Origin: an uncultured bacterium
GTDB lineage: Bacteria > Bacillota > Limnochordia > DTU080 > JAAYLA01
Direction of reading: 5' to 3'
Assembly: GCA_937983075.1 (NCBI GenBank)
Contig: CALKAQ010000033.1
Span: 4,114-68,113 of the forward strand
Length of the DNA: 64,000 nt
In this document: positions 1 to 8,487 of the stretch, piece after piece
Layout: each line of letters opens with the position of its first letter
Numbering within the stretch: the first letter of the stretch is position 1
Translations under genes and position numbers: made by a program
The notes under the pieces: model-generated
What the model was told of the DNA's origin: nothing
Seen by the model: only the letters and a program-made list of their open reading frames with translations
Database searches by the model: none

Positions 1-796
1 CGGCTCCGATACGAGTGCGGTCGCTTTGGCGGCGGCTCTGAAAGCTGAGGCGTGTGAAATCTATACCGACGTCGACGGCATTTATACCGCCGATCCGAGA
101 GTGGTGCCGAACGCCCGAAAGCTTGCCGACATTTCCTACGGTGAAATGTTGGAGATGGCTAGTTTAGGTGCTCTCGTACTGCAGCCGCGGGCTGTGGAGT
201 TCGCTGCCCAGTTCGGCATACAGGTTCACGTCCGCTCAAGTTTGAACGAAAGCGAAGGGACGATTGTGCGGGAGGAACGACGCATGGAGAAAGATATGAT
301 CGTCGTGGGAGCGGCTCACGACACCAATGTTGCAAAAATTGCCTTGACAGACGTTCCTGATCGACCGGGCATAGCCCATCGCATTTTTTCGCAGCTTGCC
401 GCCGAAGGCGTCAACGTCGACATGATCGTTCAGACCAACCGCAAACAGCAAGTCACCGATCTCGTATTCAGCACCAGTCGTGACGATTTGCCGCTCACCC
501 GCAAAATCATTGAGAAGGTACGAGAAGAACTGAACGCGGGCGAAGCGCTGTACAGCGACGATGTCGCCAAAGTGTCCATCGTCGGCGCGGGCATGGTGAG
601 CAATCCTGGAGTGGCGGCCCGAATGTTTGAAGCTCTAGCTGAAATCGGTGCCAACATCCATGTCATCAGCACTTCGGAAATTAAAGTTTCCTGTCTCATC
701 GACGAGGATAAGGTAGAAGAGGCCATGCGCGCGATTCACGCCAAGTTCGGACTTGATCAAGCCCCCGCAGCGGCGATGGATGCAACACAGTCGTGA
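1..796 (+). CDS. Aspartate kinase, C-terminal part (ACT regulatory domains); 5' end lies outside the window
   Basis: ORF 26..796 in a frame that is open to the window start; translation matches the aspartokinase catalytic end plus tandem ACT domains. Confidence 0.85.
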   Translation, partial: GSDTSAVALAAALKAEACEIYTDVDGIYTADPRVVPNARKLADISYGEMLEMASLGALVLQPRAVEFAAQFGIQVHVRSSLNESEGTIVREERRMEKDMIVVGAAHDTNVAKIALTDVPDRPGIAHRIFSQLAAEGVNVDMIVQTNRKQQVTDLVFSTSRDDLPLTRKIIEKVREELNAGEALYSDDVAKVSIVGAGMVSNPGVAARMFEALAEIGANIHVISTSEIKVSCLIDEDKVEEAMRAIHAKFGLDQAPAAAMDATQS

Positions 797-938
797 AAGT
801 CAATGAACGGGCCCACTCGTCCGGCAAAACGTTATTGTCGTACGGGTGGGCCTTGACCTGTAAATTGTGAACTCGCGATTCGGATCTTGTTCCCAAGTAT
901 TTTTTGTGGTAAACTAGATTTTGTCGTCGGTAATGATT

Positions 939-1016
939 CGGGCTGTAGCGCAGCTTGGTTAGCGCGCCACACTGGGGGTGTGGAGGTCGCGAGTTCAAAT
1001 CTCGCCAGCCCGACCA
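939..1016 (+). tRNA. tRNA-Pro (anticodon GGG)
   Basis: Manual fold: acceptor CGGGCUG/CAGCCCG, D-stem GCGC, anticodon stem CCACA/UGUGG with loop CUGGGGG, T-arm GCGAG-UUCAAAU-CUCGC, 3' ACCA. Confidence 0.85.
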
Positions 1017-1020
1017 TGTG

Positions 1021-1067
1021 CAGAGCTCGCATCAGCGTGAACGCGGTGCGGGCTCTGTTCTTTTATT
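1021..1067 (+). terminator. Intrinsic terminator hairpin downstream of tRNA-Pro
   Basis: CAGAGCUCGCA ... UGCGGGCUCUG stem followed by UUCUUUUAUU. Confidence 0.5.
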
Positions 1068-1105
1068 CAACGCTTTCGGTGAAAAGCGGCAGGAGCGATG
1101 AAACG

Positions 1106-1801
1106 ATGGCAACTTTCGTGATCTGTCACGGAACGTGGGATGGAGGTTGGTGTTGGCGGGAGGTCCGGCAACAGTTGAGGCGTCTGGGCCATGAAGTGTA
1201 TACACCGACCTTAACAGGGCTCGGAGAACGCTCTCATTTAAACGGCGCTCACATCGACTTCCATACGCACGTCCAAGACATTGTCAACGTCATCACATAC
1301 GAAAACTTAACCCGGGTCATCCTTGTCGGCCACAGTTACGGCGGAGCCGTCATCACCGGTGTGGCTGAGCACATACCCGACCGCATAGAGCATCTTGTCT
1401 ACCTGGACGCGTTGGTGCCGATCGACGGGAAGACAGTGGGTGATCTTTTTGGTGACGAAGTGTTTGCGCAAACCGCTGAGTTTGTAGCGGTGTTTGGTGA
1501 TGGCTGGCGCCTGCCTTATCCCGGTGAGATCGCAGACAGCAGAATTCACGACCATCCATGGCACACGTACACTCAGCCCATCCGGATCGCTCATCCCCGG
1601 GCAGCCGCATTGCCCCGGACTTTCGTCGCCTGCACCAAGCGCGATGCGGAAGCGGTGTATCACCAAGCCATTGAATCTTCCGCCGCTCGTGCACGCTCCT
1701 CCGGGTGGGAATACATCGAATTTGCAGCCGATCACAATCCGCACTTGACCATGCCGGCGGAGACGGCTGCTTTGCTCGCACAGTTTGCAAATGATGCTTA
1801 A
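1106..1801 (+). CDS. Alpha/beta hydrolase (esterase / methylesterase-like)
   Basis: In-frame ATG at 1106 preceded by AGGAGCG; protein begins MATFVICHGTWDGGW with GHSYGG nucleophile-elbow motif. Confidence 0.75.
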   Translation: MATFVICHGTWDGGWCWREVRQQLRRLGHEVYTPTLTGLGERSHLNGAHIDFHTHVQDIVNVITYENLTRVILVGHSYGGAVITGVAEHIPDRIEHLVYLDALVPIDGKTVGDLFGDEVFAQTAEFVAVFGDGWRLPYPGEIADSRIHDHPWHTYTQPIRIAHPRAAALPRTFVACTKRDAEAVYHQAIESSAARARSSGWEYIEFAADHNPHLTMPAETAALLAQFANDA

Positions 1802-1951
1802 AGCATTTCAAAGGACGGAAGGGTGCGGTGGGCAGGATCTTGCTCTGACTTTGTCGAAGACGCCGAATGAAAAAACAAAATTATCGGCAGTGAATCCAGC
1901 GAAGCGTAAATTGACCGCGCACGTATTGTAGAGAGAGAGGTGATTTCCACC

Positions 1952-2182
1952 ATGTCTTACCAGGAAGTTCTGAACAGGGAATTCCTCGAGACTCGGTGGC
2001 TGATTCTGCAATTGGCCGCTGCCTTGGATCGCTTGGACCGAGCTGGGGCACCGAAAGAGGGCGATGAAAGAATCGATCAGTTGCGGAAAGCACTCAACGT
2101 GCTGAATGATCATGAAGCCGAGCGAGCCGAACGGGTACAGCTCATCTTCTCACGCGAGTACGATCCAAATTGGCGAGATTAA
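1952..2182 (+). CDS. Hypothetical small protein (77 aa)
   Basis: ATG preceded by GAGGTGA; no recognisable family; sits directly upstream of the TatD gene. Confidence 0.4.
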   Translation: MSYQEVLNREFLETRWLILQLAAALDRLDRAGAPKEGDERIDQLRKALNVLNDHEAERAERVQLIFSREYDPNWRD

Positions 2183-2195
2183 GGGGGCGAGATGG

Positions 2196-3026
2196 ATGCG
2201 CTACATCGATCCGCATATTCATATGGTCTCCCGAACTACGGATGACTACCGCCGCATGGCGAAAGCGGGATGCGTTGCGATAAGTGAACCAGCCTTTTGG
2301 GCAGGGTTTGACCGCTCGTCCGTAGACGGGTTTCGGGATTACTTCCGACACTTGACCGAGTTTGAGGCCAAGCGCGCCGCAACCTACGGTATACAGCACT
2401 TTACCTGGATCTGCATCAATGCCAAAGAGGCTGAAAATGTCGAACTGGCACGGGAAGTCATCAAAATCATCCCTGAATTTCTCGATAACCCCAGCGTTTT
2501 GGGGATTGGAGAAATCGGGCTCAACAAGAACACTCCCAATGAAGTGACCGTCTTCCGCGAACAAGTGGAGCTTGCCCTGGAATACGACGAGCTCATCTTG
2601 ATCCACACGCCGCACCTCGAAGACAAGTATCAAGGTACGCGTATGATTCTCGACATACTATCGGAATATCCGAAGATCAATCCGGAACGTGTGTGCATCG
2701 ACCACGTCGAGGAACATACCATCAAATTGGCTTTGGATGCCGGGTATTGGGTCGGCATGACGCTCTATCCCGTTTCGAAATGCACACCGGCTCGAGCGGC
2801 CGATATGATTGAACGCTATGGCACGGAGCGAATCATGGTCAACAGTGCGGCCGACTGGGGTCCTTCAGATCCTCTCGCTGTACCCGAGTTCATTCTAGAA
2901 ATGCGCAGGCGGGGGCATAAAGAAGAAGACATTGCACGAGTCGTATACGAAAATCCCATCAAATTCTTCTCGGGCAGCCGCAGGTGGAAACCGTCTCCCG
3001 CTCTCTCAGCAAATTTGGAGGTTTAA
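2196..3026 (+). CDS. TatD-family metal-dependent hydrolase (EboB-like position)
   Basis: Start [10 protein letters not shown] (HxH metal motif) after AAGGGGG RBS; TIM-barrel amidohydrolase fold signatures. Confidence 0.8.
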   Translation: MRYIDPHIHMVSRTTDDYRRMAKAGCVAISEPAFWAGFDRSSVDGFRDYFRHLTEFEAKRAATYGIQHFTWICINAKEAENVELAREVIKIIPEFLDNPSVLGIGEIGLNKNTPNEVTVFREQVELALEYDELILIHTPHLEDKYQGTRMILDILSEYPKINPERVCIDHVEEHTIKLALDAGYWVGMTLYPVSKCTPARAADMIERYGTERIMVNSAADWGPSDPLAVPEFILEMRRRGHKEEDIARVVYENPIKFFSGSRRWKPSPALSANLEV

Positions 3027-3028
3027 GC

Positions 3029-4240
3029 ATGAAAGGCAAAGTAGGTTTATGGCTTGTAGGTGCATTGGGAGGCGTCGGTACCACAACTGCCGTCGGTCTC
3101 TCTGCAATTCGGCAAGGGATTGCCGAGACTACGGGGCTCGCAACGGAGCTACCCATGTTCAAAGAAGTTGACTTGCCCGCTTGGGAAAATTTCGTCGTCG
3201 GCGGTCACGACGTCCGCAAAGGTGACTTCAACACGGCGGCCAAAGAATTGCAGTCCTTGTCGGGGATTTTCTCTGATTCCCTGCTCCATGCGGTGCAAAG
3301 CGACCTGGAAACGTGGTCCGATAATTTGCGTCCCGGCATCGTCGTCGGGGCCAGCGAAACGGTCCGCAGCATTGCCGATTGGTATTTGGAAAGCGAACCC
3401 AAGTCGGACGCTGAACTTATTGCGGCGATACAACGTGATTTCGAAGACTTTCGTGAACGTCACGGCTGCGAGCAGGTCGTCGTCGTCAATGTGACGTCGT
3501 CGGAACCGACACCGGAGCCTTCCGAGTATTTGGAGTCGCGGGCTGCGCTTGAGGCGGCACTCGAACGCGGTGAATCCGGCATACTGCCTGCGAGCTCGCT
3601 TTACGGCTTGGCCGCGCTGCGTGCCGGATGCCCGTATGTAAACTTCACGCCGTCCGCCGGTCTGACGCCGCCCGCGGTGAAAGAAATCGCCGATTCCTTG
3701 GGCGTTCCTTACGCCGGCCAAGACGGCAAAACCGGTGAGACGCTGCTGAAAACGGTATTGGCGCCGATGTTCTTGTATCGCAATCTCAAAGTTCTCTCGT
3801 GGGTCGGTCACAACATTCTCGGCAATCGGGACGGACAAGTGCTCGACGATCCGCGTAACAAGCAAGGCAAGCTGAAGTCCAAAGACCGGGTGGTCGAAGA
3901 AATTCTCGGCTACCGGCCGCAAACTCACGTTTCGATTGAGTACATCCGCTCCTTGCAAGACTGGAAGACAGCGTGGGATTTCATCCATTTTGAAGGTTTT
4001 CTCGGAACCAAAATGACGCTGCAGTTTACCTGGCACGGATCGGACTCCATCCTGGCAGCTCCGCTCGTTCTCGACTTAGCAAGACTTGCGGCGTGGGAAA
4101 GCGCACAAGGATCCCAAGGCGCCTTGGTGCATTTGGCGGTGTTCTTCAAGAGTCCGCTCGGCGGTGCGCCGCATAACTTATTCGAGCAGTTCGTTATGCT
4201 CGAGGAGCGAATGAAACAGGTTCGGAAAGTAGGGCGATGA
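3029..4240 (+). CDS. myo-Inositol-1-phosphate synthase family sugar-phosphate cyclase (archaeal/bacterial short type)
   Basis: RBS GGAGG 7 nt upstream; MKGKVGLWLVGALGGVGTT N-terminus and NFTPS, GQDGKTGETL, LAPMFLYRN motifs align with archaeal MIPS. Confidence 0.85.
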   Translation: MKGKVGLWLVGALGGVGTTTAVGLSAIRQGIAETTGLATELPMFKEVDLPAWENFVVGGHDVRKGDFNTAAKELQSLSGIFSDSLLHAVQSDLETWSDNLRPGIVVGASETVRSIADWYLESEPKSDAELIAAIQRDFEDFRERHGCEQVVVVNVTSSEPTPEPSEYLESRAALEAALERGESGILPASSLYGLAALRAGCPYVNFTPSAGLTPPAVKEIADSLGVPYAGQDGKTGETLLKTVLAPMFLYRNLKVLSWVGHNILGNRDGQVLDDPRNKQGKLKSKDRVVEEILGYRPQTHVSIEYIRSLQDWKTAWDFIHFEGFLGTKMTLQFTWHGSDSILAAPLVLDLARLAAWESAQGSQGALVHLAVFFKSPLGGAPHNLFEQFVMLEERMKQVRKVGR

Positions 4241-5112
4241 TGAAACTGGGATTCAGTTCCAATGCATTTCGCAAATTTCCCTTGAGTGAAGCCATTGAGA
4301 CCATATCGCAAATTGGCTACAATGGTATTGAAATCATGTGCGATGCACCTCATGCCTACCCTCCTGATGTAACTGACGCGTATATTGCAGAAACACGCTC
4401 GTTGTTGCAACAGAAGGGGCTCACTGTAGCCAATCTCAATGCATTTATGATGACTGCGGCGCGAATGCGCCGCGGCGACGACGGAATTCCCGAATTTCCA
4501 CGATCCCCGGACGACTTTTGGCTCCCTTCGTACATTCAATCGGAACCGACGGGCCGTCGCACCCGTATCGAGCACACAATCAATTGCCTTCGGTTAGCCA
4601 AAGAGTTCGGTGCCGGCGGCATTTCAATCGAACCGGGCGGTCCTTTGGAGGATTTCTCCGAAGAAGAAGGCTTAAACCGCTTTGCCGCCGCTTTGGAGGA
4701 AATCATACCGGTTGCTGAAGAGCTCGGCGTCGAATTGCGCATTGAACCGGAACCCGGACTTGTGATCGAACGCTCCGATCAATACTTGAAGTTCATGGAG
4801 CGCATTGATTCGCCGATGGTCGGCCTGAATCTCGATATCGGTCACATTTACTGCGTGGGGGAAGACCCCGCCGATGCAATCCGTCGTCTGAGCGGCCACA
4901 TCCGGTACATTCAAATTGAGGACATCGCAGCAACACGGGTGCACCAACACCTCGTTCCAGGCGACGGTGCCATCGATTTCGATTCCGTGTTTGAGGCCTT
5001 GCGGGATGTGAACTACCAGGGGTGGGTAACCGTTGAGCTTTACCCGCTTCTCGACGATCCGCATACCGCGGCACAGCGCGCGTACGATTATCTCAAACCC
5101 TATTTCGATTAA
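4237..5112 (+). CDS. Xylose isomerase-like TIM-barrel protein (sugar phosphate isomerase/epimerase family), copy 1
   Basis: Start overlaps stop of upstream gene (ATGA); N-terminus MKLGFSSNAFRKFPLSEAIE typical of the AP-endonuclease-2/xylose-isomerase TIM-barrel family. Confidence 0.8.
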   Translation: MMKLGFSSNAFRKFPLSEAIETISQIGYNGIEIMCDAPHAYPPDVTDAYIAETRSLLQQKGLTVANLNAFMMTAARMRRGDDGIPEFPRSPDDFWLPSYIQSEPTGRRTRIEHTINCLRLAKEFGAGGISIEPGGPLEDFSEEEGLNRFAAALEEIIPVAEELGVELRIEPEPGLVIERSDQYLKFMERIDSPMVGLNLDIGHIYCVGEDPADAIRRLSGHIRYIQIEDIAATRVHQHLVPGDGAIDFDSVFEALRDVNYQGWVTVELYPLLDDPHTAAQRAYDYLKPYFD

Positions 5113-5179
5113 ATGAATCTCCGCCGCTGCGGCGGATGGCGTGGCAGATGGGAAACAAGCGGGTTGGGGGGATGCCGCT

Positions 5180-6043
5180 ATGCGGCTGGGATACAACACC
5201 AATGGTTTTGCACATCACAGCCTTGAAACTGCATTGGAGATCATAGCCGAATTGGGCTACAGCAGTGTAGCGATTACCCTCGACCACCACGTCCTCAATC
5301 CCTTCGAGCCGGATGTTTTGGGCAAAGCGCGTGTGATTCGCCAGCGTTTGAATTCCCTCGGATTGTCCAGTGTGATCGAAACCGGCGCGCGCTTTCTGCT
5401 CGACCCATGGAACAAACATGAGCCTACGTTGATGAGTGCAGATCCGGAAGGTCGGGCGCTGCGCATCGATTTTTTGCGCCGGTCGATCGAGTTGGCTGCC
5501 GAGCTGGAATCCGACGCTGTTTCCTTATGGTCGGGAAATCTCAAGGAGCCAATTTCCGAAGAAGCCGCGTGGGATCGGCTGCAGGCCGGATGCGAGATGG
5601 TGCTGCAGCATGCGGAACGTTTGGGTATTCCTCTGGCGTTCGAGCCGGAACCCGGTATGTGGGTCGACACGTTGGAGCAATACGGCGAATTGCGGCGGCG
5701 CATGCCGCATCCGCTTCTCGGCCTGACGATCGACATCGGACACATTCACTGTCAGCAAGAAGGTCCGATTGACGTGTTGATTGAGGAGTGGGCTCCTTAT
5801 TTGCGAAATGTGCACATTGAAGACATGCGCCGGGGCGTACACGAGCACTTGATGTTTGGCGAAGGGGAAATTGAATTCTCTTCGGTCATGGGCGCTCTGG
5901 AGCGGATTCGTTATCAAGGCGGAGTCCACGTTGAATTATCGCGCCACAGCCACATGGCACCGACCGTGGCTAAGGAGGCACGCCAGTTTTTGTTGCGAGC
6001 GCTGGCAGAATACAAGGAGGGTGCACCATGGCCAAGCATGTAG
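5180..6043 (+). CDS. Xylose isomerase-like TIM-barrel protein, paralogous copy 2
   Basis: MRLGYNTNGFAHHSLETALE parallels copy 1 N-terminus; GGGGGGA RBS; long ORF alternative start at 5141. Confidence 0.75.
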   Translation: MRLGYNTNGFAHHSLETALEIIAELGYSSVAITLDHHVLNPFEPDVLGKARVIRQRLNSLGLSSVIETGARFLLDPWNKHEPTLMSADPEGRALRIDFLRRSIELAAELESDAVSLWSGNLKEPISEEAAWDRLQAGCEMVLQHAERLGIPLAFEPEPGMWVDTLEQYGELRRRMPHPLLGLTIDIGHIHCQQEGPIDVLIEEWAPYLRNVHIEDMRRGVHEHLMFGEGEIEFSSVMGALERIRYQGGVHVELSRHSHMAPTVAKEARQFLLRALAEYKEGAPWPSM

Positions 6044-7344
6044 TCTTTCTTTCCATACCGCATTTGCGTCCGCAAGACGTCGAGAAGATGGCATCCTTGA
6101 CCAAGCTGCGCGAGCAGGGGGCCGCAGCGGCGCTCATTCCACAGTTTCCGGCGTTGACGTGGCCGGTGCAGGCGACGATGATGACGGGAGTCGCCCCGAG
6201 TGAACACGGCATCACGGCAAACGGGCTCTACCGCCGTGACACGGACGAAGTCGACATGTGGACGTTTTGGAACAAGGAAATTCAAGCACCACAGGTGTGG
6301 GACAAACTCAGAGAGGTTAGTCCGCAAACAACGACGGGCAGCTGGTTCCCACTTCTCACCAAAGGTGCCAACGTCCATTACGCCATGACGCCGAAACCGA
6401 AGCACAATCCGGATGGAACGGAAACCATGTGGTGCTATTCACGCCCGGAAGATCTGTACGAACAGCTTCTTCCGGAGCATGGTCATTTTCCCTTGCACCA
6501 TTTTTGGGGTCCGTTGTCTTCCATAAAAGGAAGCGAATGGATTGTCAACTCCGCGCTCTCGCTTTTTGAACGGGAAGCGCCTAACTTCCTATATATTTAC
6601 ATTCCGCAGCTGGACTACGCGGCACAAAAGACAGGACCGGACTCTCCGGAAGCCATGGAGCGCGTGCGCGAACTCGACGAACTCTTAGAGAAGTTTTTTG
6701 CTCGCTTGCATGAATTGGCGGACGATCTCGAAATCATCGTCGCAGGAGAATACGTCATCACGCCCGTTTCCAATCCGGTCTATCCGAACCGACTCCTGCG
6801 CGAAGCCGGTTTTCTTGCGCTCGGTGAAGAAGAAAACGGCCGTGAGCTTCTGCTGACGGGCAAAAGCAAGGCGTGGGCGCTGTGCGATCACCAAATTGCA
6901 CACGTTTACGTCAAAGATGCTGATGTCGAACAGGTTGCCGCGGTGTTCCGAGGGGTGCGGGGAATTGAGCACGTTCTCGTCGGTGATGCGAAGAAAGAAT
7001 GGGGAATCGATCATCCCAACAGCGGCGAAATTGTTTTGGTCTCCGATGCGAACAGCTGGTTTGCGTATCCGTGGTGGCTCGACGATGCCAAAGCACCTTC
7101 GTTTGCCGCCACGGTAGATATTCATCGCAAGCCTGGCTACGATCCGGTCGAATTGTTTTTGGATCCGGCCACGCGGAAAATTCCTTTGGATGCGAGTCTC
7201 GTTAAGGGCTCCCATGGGCGTGTCACCGATGACCCCAGTCTCCACACGGTGCTCATTTCCTCGAGACCAAGGCAACTGCCTGAGCAGTTGCACCAACGTG
7301 AAATACCCGGAATTATATTTGATGCTTTAGACATATCCATCTAG
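6028..7344 (+). CDS. Alkaline phosphatase superfamily type I phosphodiesterase / nucleotide pyrophosphatase family protein (EboF-like)
   Basis: AAGGAGGGTG RBS; QFPALTWPVQATMMTGVAPSEHGI resembles the NPP-family catalytic-Thr/metal site motif; overlaps upstream gene by 16 nt. Confidence 0.8.
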   Translation: MAKHVVFLSIPHLRPQDVEKMASLTKLREQGAAAALIPQFPALTWPVQATMMTGVAPSEHGITANGLYRRDTDEVDMWTFWNKEIQAPQVWDKLREVSPQTTTGSWFPLLTKGANVHYAMTPKPKHNPDGTETMWCYSRPEDLYEQLLPEHGHFPLHHFWGPLSSIKGSEWIVNSALSLFEREAPNFLYIYIPQLDYAAQKTGPDSPEAMERVRELDELLEKFFARLHELADDLEIIVAGEYVITPVSNPVYPNRLLREAGFLALGEEENGRELLLTGKSKAWALCDHQIAHVYVKDADVEQVAAVFRGVRGIEHVLVGDAKKEWGIDHPNSGEIVLVSDANSWFAYPWWLDDAKAPSFAATVDIHRKPGYDPVELFLDPATRKIPLDASLVKGSHGRVTDDPSLHTVLISSRPRQLPEQLHQREIPGIIFDALDISI

Positions 7345-7417
7345 AGAATTTGCTTGGATTGGACGCGCTCCCCGGGGAGAACTTCCCCTGGGGAGTGCAG
7401 AAAGGGTGGCCATTCCC

Positions 7418-8341
7418 ATGCCCGCTCCGCAAAAGAATGCGCTTCATGCGCAACCGAAGTTGCAGCGGAATTTTGTGCAAGCTTTTTTGCAACTCATCCG
7501 ACTGCCAAATCTATTCACCGCGGCTGCCGATCCGCTGGCTGGAGCTTTAGCCGCGGCCGGTCTGCTCGGATTGCCGCTGCATTGGCCAGCGGCGTTGGCT
7601 GCTGCTGCGGTGGGAGTGTTTCTTTATGCCGGCGGCGTCGTGCTCAACGACTATGTCGACTTGAAAGAGGATTCACAAGACAGGCCGGATCGCCCGCTGC
7701 CAAGCGGGGAGGTTTCTCCGGCGGAAGCATTGGCCGTTTCGGTCTGTCTTTTCGGCATTGGTGCCGGCTTGGCGCTCATTGCTTTACCCAGCGGAGCGAA
7801 ATGGACGGTCTTGGCTCTAATTCTTAGTATTCTTTTATATAATATTTGGGCCAAGCACGTTCCGGTCGCAGGCCCCATTGTCATGGGCGCATGCAGGGCG
7901 CTCAATATTTACGTCGGTTTGTGGACGGTCACCGGTGGATTCGAGGCGTTGTGGTGGGTAGGTCTTCTGAGTCTCGGCCACTTCGCCGCCTTCACGTATC
8001 TCGGCGAAGCGGAAGCAAGCACTCCAAGTCCATCGCAGATAGCTGCAGTCTTTTTGGCGGCAGCGGCGGTAAGCGGTGTTTTGGTTTGGCAGCTCGGTAC
8101 GGCGTGGATGACGTTGTTGGCCGTCGGTGTTTATTTCTTGATCAACGTTGAATCGGCTATCCGACTGATTCGGGAACGAGTCGGCGCCAACGTGCATCGC
8201 GGCGTCAAACGCGGCATTCTTTCTCACGTCTTGATTCATGTGGCAGTGGTCGGAGCGTTGGCCGGTATCGGCTATGGTCTCATTCCGTTGTTTTTGTTGG
8301 GAGCAAGCACCGTCGCAGCACGGACTTTAGTCATGACCTAA
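7418..8341 (+). CDS. UbiA-family prenyltransferase (EboC-like), polytopic membrane protein
   Basis: NDYVDLKEDSQDRPDRPLPSG (NDxxDxxxD Asp-rich motif), multiple TM segments; ATG at 7418 after AAAGGGTGG (ORF opens at GTG 7406). Confidence 0.85.
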   Translation: MPAPQKNALHAQPKLQRNFVQAFLQLIRLPNLFTAAADPLAGALAAAGLLGLPLHWPAALAAAAVGVFLYAGGVVLNDYVDLKEDSQDRPDRPLPSGEVSPAEALAVSVCLFGIGAGLALIALPSGAKWTVLALILSILLYNIWAKHVPVAGPIVMGACRALNIYVGLWTVTGGFEALWWVGLLSLGHFAAFTYLGEAEASTPSPSQIAAVFLAAAAVSGVLVWQLGTAWMTLLAVGVYFLINVESAIRLIRERVGANVHRGVKRGILSHVLIHVAVVGALAGIGYGLIPLFLLGASTVAARTLVMT

Positions 8342-8487
8342 TGTGGTTAGAGGCGAAAGTGGCGCAAGATTCCAACGGCAGCAAGAGTTACTAACAAAGG
8401 GACTGGCGCACAAAGGTAGAAGGACTTCATGTACTAGGTGACGAACAGTGCTTTCTGGCGATCAGCTAAAATCGAAGAGGTGTGAAT

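Noticed and set aside
3149-4036. 295-aa ORF on the minus strand antisense to the MIPS-family gene, and many similar long antisense ORFs (e.g. 430..726, 1353..1811, 19719..20426, 20595..21356, 25485..26189, 54213..54860, 54739..55611, 55902..56615, 56915..57691)
   Set aside because: High-GC genomes give long spurious open frames opposite real genes. These translations are Arg/Pro/Ala-rich and low-complexity, and overlap well-supported genes with recognisable homology.
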